A DNA stretch of 64,000 bases from Brevundimonas sp. (GCF_013823285.1 NZ_PNLV01000001.1:20260-84259); one strand, 5' to 3'. Shown: positions 23,035-33,641, counted from the first letter of the stretch. A program made the numbers and translations. The notes: generated by a model from the letters alone, not told the origin.

Positions 23035-23967
23035 ATGCCCGCCGCGCCGCGCATTTCCCCGACCCGTCTGTTCACGCCCCAGGAATGGGCGCCCTTTCAG
23101 GCGCGCAGCCACTGGCGGGGGCCGATGCTGGTGCTGCACGCCTGGACGGTGATCGCCCTGGCCATCGCCGCGGGCGTCATGTGGCCGGTGCTGATCCCGG
23201 TCTGCATCATGATCATCGGCGCCCGCCAGCTGGGTCTGGCCATCCTGATGCACGAGGCGGCCCACGGGGCGCTGGCGAAGAATCTGAAGCTCAACGATTT
23301 CCTCGGCCACTGGCTGTGCGCCGTGCCCGTCGGCGCCAGCCTCGGCGCCTACCGACCCTATCACCTGTCCCACCACAAATTCGCCCAGCAGCCGGAGGAC
23401 CCGGATCTGGTGCTGTCCGAACCGTTCCCCGTCACCGGCGCATCCCTGCGGCGCAAGATCATCCGCGACCTGACCGGCCAGACCTTCTTCAAGCAGCGGG
23501 TCATGCTGCTGATCGGCGCCTTCCGCAATCAACGCGACGAAGACATGGCCGAGGGCGCGGTGGTCACCGGCAAGTCGGTGGCGCCCTTCCTGATGGTCAA
23601 TGCGGGGATGCTCGCGGCGCTGACGCTGGCGGGCTTCTGGTGGGCGTATTTCGTGCTGTGGCTGCTGCCCATGGGCACCTGGTTCCCGCTGGTCACCCGC
23701 CTGCGCAACATCGCCGAGCACGCCTGCGTCGAGGGCTCGGCCGAGGATGCCTTCCGCGCTGCGCGCACCACCCGGGCCGGCTGGATCGAGCGGGCCCTGA
23801 TCGCCCCCTACTGGGTCAACTATCACGCCGAGCACCACCTGTTCATGCATGTGCCCTGCTGGCGCCTGCCGCGCCTGCACCGGCTGCTGCAAACCCGCCC
23901 CGAGGCCGCGCGCATGGAGATGGCGCCGGGCTATCTGGCCGTTCTCAGGACTGCAGCCGGAGCCTGA
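23035..23967 (+). CDS. fatty acid desaturase family protein
   Basis: Three histidine boxes: HEAAHG, HLSHHKF and AEHHLFMHVP. Membrane spans are present. Confidence 0.85.
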   Translation: MPAAPRISPTRLFTPQEWAPFQARSHWRGPMLVLHAWTVIALAIAAGVMWPVLIPVCIMIIGARQLGLAILMHEAAHGALAKNLKLNDFLGHWLCAVPVGASLGAYRPYHLSHHKFAQQPEDPDLVLSEPFPVTGASLRRKIIRDLTGQTFFKQRVMLLIGAFRNQRDEDMAEGAVVTGKSVAPFLMVNAGMLAALTLAGFWWAYFVLWLLPMGTWFPLVTRLRNIAEHACVEGSAEDAFRAARTTRAGWIERALIAPYWVNYHAEHHLFMHVPCWRLPRLHRLLQTRPEAARMEMAPGYLAVLRTAAGA

Positions 23968-24019
23968 TCGGTTGAGGCGGGATCGCGTCACAATCCCGCC
24001 GATGCCGTGAATCAGGCTC
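23960..24019. repeat. 60-bp structured repeat, copy A
   Basis: GAGCCTGATCGGTTGAG-[GCGGGATCGCGTCACAATCCCGC]-CGATGCCGTGAATCAGGCTC. Both arms are identical to the copy at 52227-52286. Outer stem GAGCCTGAT/ATCAGGCTC. The desaturase stop TGA (23965-23967) lies inside it. Confidence 0.65.
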
Positions 24020-24190
24020 CCCTTCAAATGTCCTGATCCCGTTCATCCGCGCTTCGCGAACGGACGGGTGTGGTCGTTGGCGAAGGCGGGACGGGCGAGA
24101 ACGCATCGGCGGTGGCGGCGCCGCGCTCCACACGAAATGACGGGGCCATCGACGGCCCGGCGATCGGGTCTTCATCACGGGAGCCCGATC

Positions 24191-24604
24191 ATGTTTTCCA
24201 TCCCCGCCCTCTTCCTGGCCGCCGCCCTGACGCTTCAGACCGCCGAGACCAGCGTCGTCGAGATCACCTTCGACGTCGGCGTCGGGGAAGGGGTGATCAT
24301 GGCCGCCCTGTTCGACAGCGAGGACGCCTGGGACGGCGGCGGCGCCGCCGTGCGCGGGGTGCGGATCGATGTGGCCGGCGGCGAGCGCGTCGCGCGGTTC
24401 GAAGGCTTGCCCCCCGGCGACTACGCCCTGCGCGCCTTTCACGATGTGAACGGCGACGGCGAGATGAACGCCAACCCCTTCGGCATGCCCACCGAACCGT
24501 TCGGCTTCTCCAACAACGCCGTTGGCAACATGGGCCCCGCCTCGTGGGACCGGGCCCGTTTCGCCGTCCCGGGCGAGACCCGCCAGACCATCACCCTGCG
24601 CTGA
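24191..24604 (+). CDS. DUF2141 domain-containing exported protein
   Basis: Signal peptide MFSIPALFLAAALTLQTAET, then HDVNGDGEMNANPFGMPTEPFGFSNN, typical of DUF2141. GGGAG lies 8 nt upstream of the ATG at 24191. Confidence 0.8.
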   Translation: MFSIPALFLAAALTLQTAETSVVEITFDVGVGEGVIMAALFDSEDAWDGGGAAVRGVRIDVAGGERVARFEGLPPGDYALRAFHDVNGDGEMNANPFGMPTEPFGFSNNAVGNMGPASWDRARFAVPGETRQTITLR

Positions 24605-24627
24605 AACCGGACTGGGGAGCTGACACC

Positions 24628-26085
24628 ATGGACACCTCGCGCCGCACATTCCTGACCGCCGCCGCCGCCCTGGCCATCACGCCCGACATGGCCTTCGCCG
24701 CCCGCGCCCTGCGGGTCGCCTCCGACTGGTCCCTGGCCACCGCCGACGTGGAGGGCGACATCGCCCCGCGCGTGCTTCAGCGGGTTCACGGGCGCGTTCC
24801 CGAGGGTCTGTCCGGCGCGCTGTACCGCAACGGCCCCGCCAAGTTCCGGCGCCCCGGCGGCTCGTCCCAGCACTGGTTCGACGGCGACGGCCTGATCCGC
24901 CGCTTCGGCATCCACGACGGTCAGGCCACTCTGGCCGCCCGCTTCGCCGACACGCCCAAGCGGCGTCAGGAGACGCGGCTGGACGCCATGGTCATGCCGG
25001 GCTTCGGTACGGCGGCCGACCCGCGCGCCGAGATCGGCTCGGTGGACGACGTCAATCCGGCCAACACCTCTGTGCACAGGGTGGGCGACGCCATCTGGGC
25101 CCTGTGGGAGGCAGGCTCGCCCATGGCCATGGATCCCGACACCCTGGAGACGCGCGGCTTCGTCACCCTGCGCCCGGACCTGAAGTCCATGCCGTTCCTG
25201 GCCCACCCGCGTATCGAGCCGGACGGCCGCATCTGGAATCTGGGCATGAACGGAAATCAGGCCGTGGTCTGGCGTCTGGCGGCGGACGGGGCGCTGGAGG
25301 ACGCGCGGGTCATCCCACTGCCCCGCGCCAGCTATATCCACGACTTCACCGCCACGGCGCGCCATCTGGTGATCGTGCTGCAGCCCTGGGTGCATGCGCG
25401 CAACGTCATGCCGGTCTCCACCGCCTATGACTGGCTGCCGGATCAGGGGACCCAGGTGCTGGTGATCGACAAGGACGATCTGGATGCCCGGCGGATGTTC
25501 GAGGCCCCGGCCTTCGGCTTCTTCCATCTGGGCGACGCCTGGGAGGAGACGGGCGGGACCATCCGCTTCGACGTCTGCACCCATGCAGACATGGACTTCG
25601 CGGCCCATGGCGCCCAGGACATCCTGAACGGCGTGCCGCTGGGCAATGAGCCTGCACGCCTGGCCATGATGAGCCTGTCACCGGACGGTCAGGGGCGGCT
25701 GGAGCACGCCGGGGCGGCGGCCGAGTTCCCTCGCGGGGATGCGCGTCGGGCGGGTCAACGGCGACGTTACAGCCTGCACACCCTGGGCGAGGAGCCGGAC
25801 CGGCCGCTGGCCACGGCGGTGGGTGTCACCGACTGGGATCAGGGCCGCACCCACGGCTATGATTTCGGCGCCGGCCATGTGGTGGACGAGATGGTCCATG
25901 TGCCCAAGTCGGGCATGAGCGGCGAGGCGGACGCCTGGCTGGTGGGCCCCACCATCAACCTGCGCGAGGGCGTCACCGAGCTGCACGTGCTGGACATGGC
26001 GCGGGTCGAGGACGGGCCCGTCTGCACTTGGCGCGCCGACGTGGCCATGCCGGCCGCGTTCCACGGGAACTGGGTGACGGCCTAA
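24628..26085 (+). CDS. carotenoid (apocarotenoid/stilbene) cleavage oxygenase family protein with Tat signal
   Basis: MDTSRRTFLTAAAALA twin-arginine signal. LYRNGPAKF...HWFDGDGL, HDFTATARHLV and FFHLGDAW histidine-containing blades of the RPE65/CCO family. GGGGAG RBS. Confidence 0.88.
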   Translation: MDTSRRTFLTAAAALAITPDMAFAARALRVASDWSLATADVEGDIAPRVLQRVHGRVPEGLSGALYRNGPAKFRRPGGSSQHWFDGDGLIRRFGIHDGQATLAARFADTPKRRQETRLDAMVMPGFGTAADPRAEIGSVDDVNPANTSVHRVGDAIWALWEAGSPMAMDPDTLETRGFVTLRPDLKSMPFLAHPRIEPDGRIWNLGMNGNQAVVWRLAADGALEDARVIPLPRASYIHDFTATARHLVIVLQPWVHARNVMPVSTAYDWLPDQGTQVLVIDKDDLDARRMFEAPAFGFFHLGDAWEETGGTIRFDVCTHADMDFAAHGAQDILNGVPLGNEPARLAMMSLSPDGQGRLEHAGAAAEFPRGDARRAGQRRRYSLHTLGEEPDRPLATAVGVTDWDQGRTHGYDFGAGHVVDEMVHVPKSGMSGEADAWLVGPTINLREGVTELHVLDMARVEDGPVCTWRADVAMPAAFHGNWVTA

Positions 26086-26828
26086 TACCAGCCAGCGGCG
26101 CGCAGGGCGCGGGCGTGGCGGCGGCTGACGGGGACGGTGAGGCCGCCGTCAAGCGTCAGGGTCGCGCGCCCGTCGCCGCGCTTGACGTCCTGCACGGCGT
26201 CCTTGGCGACCCACCAGCTGCGGTGGGTCTGGGCGCCCTCCAGCCCCTGAAGCTCGGCGACGGCGTCCGACAGGCGCATCAGGATCAGGTCCGAGCCCCG
26301 GTCGGTGTGGATGCGCAGATAGTGGTCCTCGGCCTGGACGGCGTGGATCACCGCGCCGCGCAGCCGGGGCGGCAGACGGTCAAGGAAGCGCGGCGGCTCG
26401 TCACCCGCCTTGGTGGTGACCGTCTTCGGCTCCAGCGCCATGCCGATGGCGGTCATCCCGGCGGTGATCAGCAGCACCCGCCAGACCAGACCGGGCAGCA
26501 TGTCGAACCCGTACGCCTGGCCGTAGAATATCCAGCCCGTCACGCCCCAGACCACAAGGGTCAGCGGCAGGCCGATGACCAGCACCGACACCACGAACCG
26601 GGCGGGCACGGACGCCTCCATGCCCGGCACGCGGCGAACCGCACGCATGCAGACCTCGGCCCACAGTCCGGCCGCGATCATCAGCACGACCCAGTAAGCC
26701 AGCCGAAGCCATAGGTCTGTCGTCGAGCCGAAGGCGTTGGTCAGGGCAAGGAAGACGCCGGCGGCCACGGCGATCCCCACTCCCTTGGCGGGGTCTCCGG
26801 TGATCAGGCGTTTCAGGCGTGCGGACAT
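26082..26828 (-). CDS. membrane-anchored LytTR DNA-binding domain protein
   Basis: N-terminal about 4 TM segments, then a C-terminal LytTR-type domain (IHAVQAEDHYLRIHTDRGSDLILMRLSDAVAEL...VSRRHARAL). The start is either 26828 or 26846. Confidence 0.75.
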   Translation of the reverse strand: MSARLKRLITGDPAKGVGIAVAAGVFLALTNAFGSTTDLWLRLAYWVVLMIAAGLWAEVCMRAVRRVPGMEASVPARFVVSVLVIGLPLTLVVWGVTGWIFYGQAYGFDMLPGLVWRVLLITAGMTAIGMALEPKTVTTKAGDEPPRFLDRLPPRLRGAVIHAVQAEDHYLRIHTDRGSDLILMRLSDAVAELQGLEGAQTHRSWWVAKDAVQDVKRGDGRATLTLDGGLTVPVSRRHARALRAAGWY

Positions 26829-26937
26829 GCGATTCCCCCGCACCATTCAGGCCGGGACCGGAGCCGTCTGTCCAGACCGCGACGACTCTTGTTGGACTCA
26901 GGGTGCGAAAAACAGCCGGATTGGGAGCTGACGGATC

Positions 26938-27642
26938 TCAGCGGCTGCACACCGCCCGGAACCCGGCGGCGGCGAAGCGGACCATATAGTCACACGCGGT
27001 CTCCAGATCGCCGGACCGGCACTGACCGCCCGACAGCCGGTCGATACGGCCGGTCTCGCCAAGGGTCAGGGTCAGGGCGCCCGACAGATTGTGCCAGGCC
27101 CAGTAGAGGTCCACGTCGCGCGCGCCGGGCAGGACCAGCCGCACCGCCTCGATCAGGCGGTGGATGGCCGGGTCGAAATAGCGCGCCATGGTCTCGCCGC
27201 CGAAGGCCGGATTGGCGTTGGTCTGGGCCACGAGCGCCGCATAGTGCTTCCAGCCCGGCCCGCCCTTGAGCGACCATTGGAACGGCGGGCGCAGGAAGGC
27301 TTCGAGGATGCCCTCCAGCGTGGCCGCGTCCCCGGCCTCCGCCACATAGCGGTCGATGGCCTCCACCCGTTCGTTGTTCCAGACCTCGGCCCGGCGGATG
27401 AAGACCGCATCGAACAACCCGCGCTTGGCGCCGAAATAATAGTGCACCAGGGCCGTATCCACGCCCGCCTCGCGCGCCACCTCCCGGATCGTGACCCCAT
27501 AGAACCCGTGCTTGGAGAACAGGTCCTCGGCGGCGTCCAGAATCGCCTCGCGGGTTTCCCCCGCCTTCTGGTCCTTGGACGGACGGCCCCGGCGGGCGGG
27601 CGTGGGCTTGGCCGTCTCGGCGGCAACGGGCGAACGAGTCAT
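26938..27642 (-). CDS. TetR/AcrR family transcriptional regulator
   Basis: TREAILDAAEDLFSKHGFYGVTIREVAREAGVDTALVHYYFGAKRGLF is the canonical TetR HTH. Divergent from the TonB-dependent receptor. Confidence 0.9.
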   Translation of the reverse strand: MTRSPVAAETAKPTPARRGRPSKDQKAGETREAILDAAEDLFSKHGFYGVTIREVAREAGVDTALVHYYFGAKRGLFDAVFIRRAEVWNNERVEAIDRYVAEAGDAATLEGILEAFLRPPFQWSLKGGPGWKHYAALVAQTNANPAFGGETMARYFDPAIHRLIEAVRLVLPGARDVDLYWAWHNLSGALTLTLGETGRIDRLSGGQCRSGDLETACDYMVRFAAAGFRAVCSR

Positions 27643-27836
27643 GGGCGGACGCTAGAGCGCGCGAGGGTGTCGGGCAATCGGCGCCGAGCATGGCGCCGGC
27701 GCCACACGGTCAGGCTTTCACCCGGTTGGGCGATGCTTGACCATTTGACAGACAGCGAAAACGCGATCAGTTTCGGGAAAATCATTGAACGCTGAATAAA
27801 TGGCGTCGTCACCGGAAACACAGGTTGGGGCATCTC

Positions 27837-30047
27837 ATGCACAAATTCGTCAAATCCGCTCTTCTGACGGGCGCCGCGTTCAGCGCGCTCGCCGCCCCGG
27901 CCGCCGTGGCCCAGGCCCAGGTCTCCGAACAACCGTCCGCCACCCAGGTGGAAGAGGTCATCGTCACCGCCCGGCGCCGGGAGGAATCCCTGCGCGAGGT
28001 GCCCGTCGCGGTCACCGCCCTGAGCAGCGAACGGCTTGAGCTGACCGGCGCCGCCGACGTGACCGTGCTGCAGCAGCAGACCCCCAACGCCACGGTCCAG
28101 GTGGCCCGCGGCTCCAACTCGACCCTGATCTCCTTCATCCGCGGCGTGGGCCAGCAGGACCCCCTGTGGGGCTTCGAGCCGGGCGTGGGTCTCTACATCG
28201 ACGACGTCTATGTGGCCCGGCCCCAGGGCGCCGTGCTGGACATCTTCGACATCGAGCGCATCGAGGTCCTGCGCGGACCGCAAGGCACCCTGTACGGCCG
28301 CAACACCATCGGCGGCGCCATCAAATATGTGACCTCGCGCCTGGCCCCTGAGCCGGAGCTGATCCTGCGCGGCGCCGTCGGGTCGTACGGGCAGGTGGAC
28401 CTCATCGCGTCGGGTTCGGCGCCCCTGGGCGACACTTTCCGCATCGGCGGGGCGATCGCCAGCTACAACCGTGACGGTTTCGGCGAAAACCTGACCACCG
28501 GCGCCGACCATTATGACAAGGACGTTCTGGCCGCCCGTTTCAGCGCCGAGTGGGCGCCGACCGCTGACCTGTTCTTCCGCTTCGCCTATGACCGCGTGGA
28601 AGACAATTCCAATGCCCGACACGGCCACCGCGAGGTCGCCGGAACCGCGCCGGGTTCGGATGTCCTGCCCAGCATCTACGACACCCGTGCAGGCCTGGGC
28701 GACGACAACTCTGTCGAGACCGAAGGCCTGTCGCTGACCGCCGAGTGGACCATCAACGACCTGCTGACCTTCAAGTCCATTACCGCGCGCCGCGAAGGCA
28801 ATACCGACACGGTCATCGACTTCGACGGCACCCCGTCGCCCATCCTGGACATCCCCGCCTACTATGCCGACGACCAGTTCACCCAGGAGTTCCAGCTGCT
28901 GTTTAACGGCGCGCGCTGGCAAGGTGTGGCCGGCGTCTACTATCTGGATGGTCACGCCGAGGGCGCCTTTGACACCATCCTCGGCAACCTGGGCGTCAGC
29001 ATCGGCAACGGCGGCTTCGTTGACACCGAAAGCTATGCGGTGTTCGCCGACTTCAACTTCGACCTGTCGGACCGTCTGCGTCTGGCCGTCGGCGCCCGCT
29101 ACACCGAGGACGAGAAGACCGGCTTTGTGAACCGCGCCACCTATCTGGGCGTGGGTCAGACCCCGCTGACGGGTGGCCCGGCGGCGACTCCGCTGGTGCA
29201 GAACACCCTCTATACGAACACCCGCTCGTTCAGCCAGTTCACCCCGCGCATCTCGGTCTCCTATGACCTGACCGACGACCTGACCGGCTATGCGGCCTTC
29301 AGCCAGGGCTTCAAGTCCGGCGGTTTCGACATGCGCGGCGACGCCACCGCCACGCCGGACACGGTAGACGGCTATGACCCGGAAACGGTGAACAGCTATG
29401 AGCTGGGTCTGAAGGGCTACGCCTTCGACCGCCGGCTGACCTTCAGTTCGGCCCTGTTCTATTCCGACTATCAGGACCAGCAGGTCACCACCCAGGTGCC
29501 CACCGCCACGGGCATCGCCAGCTTCGTGGACAACGTCGGCGCCTCGACCATCTACGGCGCCGAGTTCGAAGGCTCGCTGTGGCTGACCGACTTCCTGACG
29601 GCCAACTTCGCCGTCGGTTACATGGAAGCCGAGTTCGAGGAGTTCATCCGCTACAACCTGACCACCATGCAGTACGAGGACATCTCGGATCTGGTGGTGG
29701 TGCAGAACGCGCCGCGCTGGAGCGGTTATCTGGGCCTGACCTGGATGGGCGACGTCATGGGCGGACAACTGGCCGTGACCCCCTCGGTGTCCTACCGCGG
29801 CGACTTCAGCCAGTTCGAGTTCCCCAATCCGATCCTGGACCAGGAGGGCTACGCCCTGGTGGACCTGTCGGCGGTCTGGACCTCGCCGGACCGGCGGTGG
29901 CAGCTGGCCCTGCATGGCAAGAACCTGACCGACGAGGAGTACCGCACGGGCGGCTACAACTTCCCGGGCGCTGTGTTCGGCGACTCCATCAGCGCCTTCT
30001 ACGGCCCGCCGCGCACCTGGACGGCGGCGCTGCAGGTCCGGTTCTGA
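27837..30047 (+). CDS. TonB-dependent receptor
   Basis: Signal peptide, TonB-box/plug region (EEVIVTARRREESLREVPVAVTAL...ERIEVLRGPQGTLYGRNTIGGAIKY) and a terminal aromatic residue (...LQVRF). I prefer the ATG at 27837 over the TTG at 27825. Confidence 0.92.
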   Translation: MHKFVKSALLTGAAFSALAAPAAVAQAQVSEQPSATQVEEVIVTARRREESLREVPVAVTALSSERLELTGAADVTVLQQQTPNATVQVARGSNSTLISFIRGVGQQDPLWGFEPGVGLYIDDVYVARPQGAVLDIFDIERIEVLRGPQGTLYGRNTIGGAIKYVTSRLAPEPELILRGAVGSYGQVDLIASGSAPLGDTFRIGGAIASYNRDGFGENLTTGADHYDKDVLAARFSAEWAPTADLFFRFAYDRVEDNSNARHGHREVAGTAPGSDVLPSIYDTRAGLGDDNSVETEGLSLTAEWTINDLLTFKSITARREGNTDTVIDFDGTPSPILDIPAYYADDQFTQEFQLLFNGARWQGVAGVYYLDGHAEGAFDTILGNLGVSIGNGGFVDTESYAVFADFNFDLSDRLRLAVGARYTEDEKTGFVNRATYLGVGQTPLTGGPAATPLVQNTLYTNTRSFSQFTPRISVSYDLTDDLTGYAAFSQGFKSGGFDMRGDATATPDTVDGYDPETVNSYELGLKGYAFDRRLTFSSALFYSDYQDQQVTTQVPTATGIASFVDNVGASTIYGAEFEGSLWLTDFLTANFAVGYMEAEFEEFIRYNLTTMQYEDISDLVVVQNAPRWSGYLGLTWMGDVMGGQLAVTPSVSYRGDFSQFEFPNPILDQEGYALVDLSAVWTSPDRRWQLALHGKNLTDEEYRTGGYNFPGAVFGDSISAFYGPPRTWTAALQVRF

Positions 30048-30069
30048 TCCTCTGAGCGAAGACTGACAC

Positions 30070-30104
30070 AGGCGGCGGGCTTCGGTCCGCCGCCTTTTTC
30101 TTTT
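30070..30104 (+). terminator. rho-independent terminator after the TonB-dependent receptor
   Basis: Stem GGCGGCGG (30071-30078) / CCGCCGCC (30087-30094) followed by TTTTTCTTTT. Confidence 0.75.
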
Positions 30105-30163
30105 GCATGGTTCGGGGACGGCGCTACCGTTCCGGCCAACAGTAAAGTCGAGGGGAGACGCCG

Positions 30164-31705
30164 ATGACCGCACAGGCCGAAGCGCGCATCGAGAAGCCGG
30201 GATATCGCTATTACGTTCTGGCGATCCTGGTCCTGGTCTACATGCTGAACTTCCTGGACCGGCAGATCATCGGCATCCTGGCCGCGCCGCTGAAGGCGGA
30301 GTTCGGCCTGTCGGACAGCCAGTTCGGCCTTCTCGGCGGCATCGCCTTCGCTTCGGTCTATTCGACCCTGGCTATCCCGCTGGCCTGGCTGGCGGACCGG
30401 TTCAGCCGGGTGTGGATCATGACCGGCGCCCTGACGGTCTGGTCCGGCTTCACCGCCCTGTGCGGCGTGGCGGGCTCGTTCGGCCAGCTGTTCCTGTTCC
30501 GCATGGGCGTGGGCGTGGGCGAAGCGGGCGGGGTGGCCCCGGCCTATTCCCTCGTGGCCGACTATTTCCCGCCCCACCAGCGGGCGCGCGCCCTGGCCGT
30601 GTTCGCCTTCGGCATTCCGCTGGGCACTGCGGCGGGCACCCTGGTGGGCGGCGTGCTGGCGGCCCAGTACGGCTGGCGCACCGCCTTCATCGTGGTGGGT
30701 CTGCTGGGCGTGCTGCTGGCCCCTGTGCTGCGCCTGACGGTGCGGGATCCGAAGCGCGGCGCCACCGACATCGCCCGTCCGGCGGTCGTGGACGCCGCCC
30801 CCGTTCAGCCTTCCCCTGTGCAGACTGCGGCGGCACGTCCCGTAGTGATCGCGGCGCCGAATCGCGTGGGCCTCAACGCCTCGCGCCTGATGCTGGTGGC
30901 CGGCGCGGTCGCCTTCGCCCTGGCGGCCCTGGCCTGGTTCGGCGGCGTGCCCGTGGGCAATCCGCTGGTGCTGGCCTTCGCCGGCGGCCTGGCGACGGTC
31001 ATCGGCGTGTCCTTCTGGATCGCCAAGGTCACAGCCTCCTACGTCTTCCCGAAAAAGAGCTTCTGGCTGCTGGCGCTGGGCGCGGCCTCGTCGTCGGTGT
31101 GCGGCTACGGCATAGCCGGCTGGCTGCCTCTGTTCTTCATGCGCAGCTTCGACCTGACCCTGCTGCAGACCAGCTGGTATTATGCGGGCATCGCCCTGAT
31201 CGGCGGCACCCTGGGAATCTGGATGGGCGGCGCCATCGCCGACAAGCTGGCGAAGCGCGGCAAGGGCGCCTATCCCCTCACGCCGGCCATCGCCTTCCTG
31301 ATCTCGGCGCCGCTGTTCATCGCGGCCATGAACTCGCCCTGGATCATCGGCCTGGTGCTTCCCGGCGGCGGCAGCGCGGTGCAGCAGCTGACGCTGGCCT
31401 TCCTGATCTTCCTGATCCCCACAGGCTTGAATCTGGCCTGGCTGGGGCCGATCACCGCGGCGATCCAGCACCTGGTCCCGGCGCCCATGCGCTCCACCGC
31501 CTCGGCCCTGTTCCTGCTGATCAACAACCTGCTCGGCATCGCCGTGGGCTTCTACTATTTCGGCTGGATGAGCGATCTGCTGGCGCCCCGCTTCGGGGAC
31601 GAGAGCCTGCGCTGGGCCATCTACACCGGCATGGGCTTCTATCTGCTGGCCTCGGTGCTGCTGATCGCGGCTTCGCGCACCCTGAAGCGCGACTGGGTGG
31701 ACTGA
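30164..31705 (+). CDS. MFS transporter
   Basis: 513 aa with about 12 TM segments and N-terminal YYVLAILVLVYMLNFLDRQIIGILAAPLKAEFGLS, typical of Spinster-like MFS proteins. AGGGGAG RBS. Confidence 0.88.
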   Translation: MTAQAEARIEKPGYRYYVLAILVLVYMLNFLDRQIIGILAAPLKAEFGLSDSQFGLLGGIAFASVYSTLAIPLAWLADRFSRVWIMTGALTVWSGFTALCGVAGSFGQLFLFRMGVGVGEAGGVAPAYSLVADYFPPHQRARALAVFAFGIPLGTAAGTLVGGVLAAQYGWRTAFIVVGLLGVLLAPVLRLTVRDPKRGATDIARPAVVDAAPVQPSPVQTAAARPVVIAAPNRVGLNASRLMLVAGAVAFALAALAWFGGVPVGNPLVLAFAGGLATVIGVSFWIAKVTASYVFPKKSFWLLALGAASSSVCGYGIAGWLPLFFMRSFDLTLLQTSWYYAGIALIGGTLGIWMGGAIADKLAKRGKGAYPLTPAIAFLISAPLFIAAMNSPWIIGLVLPGGGSAVQQLTLAFLIFLIPTGLNLAWLGPITAAIQHLVPAPMRSTASALFLLINNLLGIAVGFYYFGWMSDLLAPRFGDESLRWAIYTGMGFYLLASVLLIAASRTLKRDWVD

Positions 31706-31790
31706 TCGGAGGGGATCGCCTGTTGCGCCTGCGAAGGGGCGGCCTTTATAAGCGCCTCAACCTTCCTCCCCAGCGTCAGCGGTCCTCTCC

Positions 31791-32981
<1,191 letters not shown>

Positions 32982-33057
32982 GCTGCCAGCTGGGGCTAGC
33001 GTGAACTTTTCATGTGGGTTGGCCTAAAGTGCACACCCGAACAAGAGGAGCCCCGCT

Positions 33058-33561
33058 ATGACTGCAGCTCTGGCACTTGCTTTTATGCTCGTGAATGCTC
33101 AGCCGTCTGAACCGCCTACGGTGGCGCATCTTGTGCGTGAAGCCTGCGTCGAAACGGAGATGAACCGTGAGGCGATCGACCGTCTCGCTCGTGAGCGTGG
33201 CTGGCGATCTGTCCGAACAAGATCTTCCAGTTCCGCTCACGGCTGGAGCGTTGGATATCGTGTGCGCGATGCTCATGTCGCGCTGACGAGCTTGCCGGAA
33301 CCGGGGAGAGTTGATCCATCACTTGGTTCGATCTGCACGGTTGATGCGGCAAGGGCGAGAGGCGACTGGCTCACGGAGATCGCCCAACTCGCAGCAGATC
33401 TCGGGTTACAACCAGATCGTGTTCCGAATCTGCCGATCGAAGGCGAGATGCGCATGTGGTCAAGCCTGGGCGGGTATACGCTGACATCCACCTATGACCG
33501 GGCGAGCGGCAGGGTCGTCGTCAGCCTGTCGCGGCAACTGGTGCTGATCGAGGCCGACTGA
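33058..33561 (+). CDS. hypothetical protein (short signal-like N-terminus), low-GC
   Basis: 167-aa ORF with an AGGAG RBS (33046-33050). Hand count gives about 53-55% GC over 33001-33120. No recognisable motif. Confidence 0.5.
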   Translation: MTAALALAFMLVNAQPSEPPTVAHLVREACVETEMNREAIDRLARERGWRSVRTRSSSSAHGWSVGYRVRDAHVALTSLPEPGRVDPSLGSICTVDAARARGDWLTEIAQLAADLGLQPDRVPNLPIEGEMRMWSSLGGYTLTSTYDRASGRVVVSLSRQLVLIEAD

Positions 33562-33641
33562 TCCCTCTATCCATGGGGCCGTTCGGGACGCGATGGCTCC
33601 GCAGGTTGTGTGCTCCACATAACCCGTGTAAAACCTTCTTC

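Noticed and set aside
27643-27836. Search for a TetR operator palindrome in the TetR/TonB-receptor divergent region
   Set aside because: Only weak 5-bp inverted repeats were found (for example CGAAA...TTTCG), which are not distinguishable from chance.
27639-30173. 844-aa minus-strand ORF antisense to the TonB-dependent receptor
   Set aside because: Same high-GC antisense artefact. The plus-strand product has clear TBDR plug and barrel motifs and a terminal Phe.
33010-33352. Minus-strand ORFs (33010-33276, 33116-33352) inside the low-GC insert
   Set aside because: They overlap the better-supported plus-strand ORF (strong RBS, co-oriented with the operon) and have no start context.
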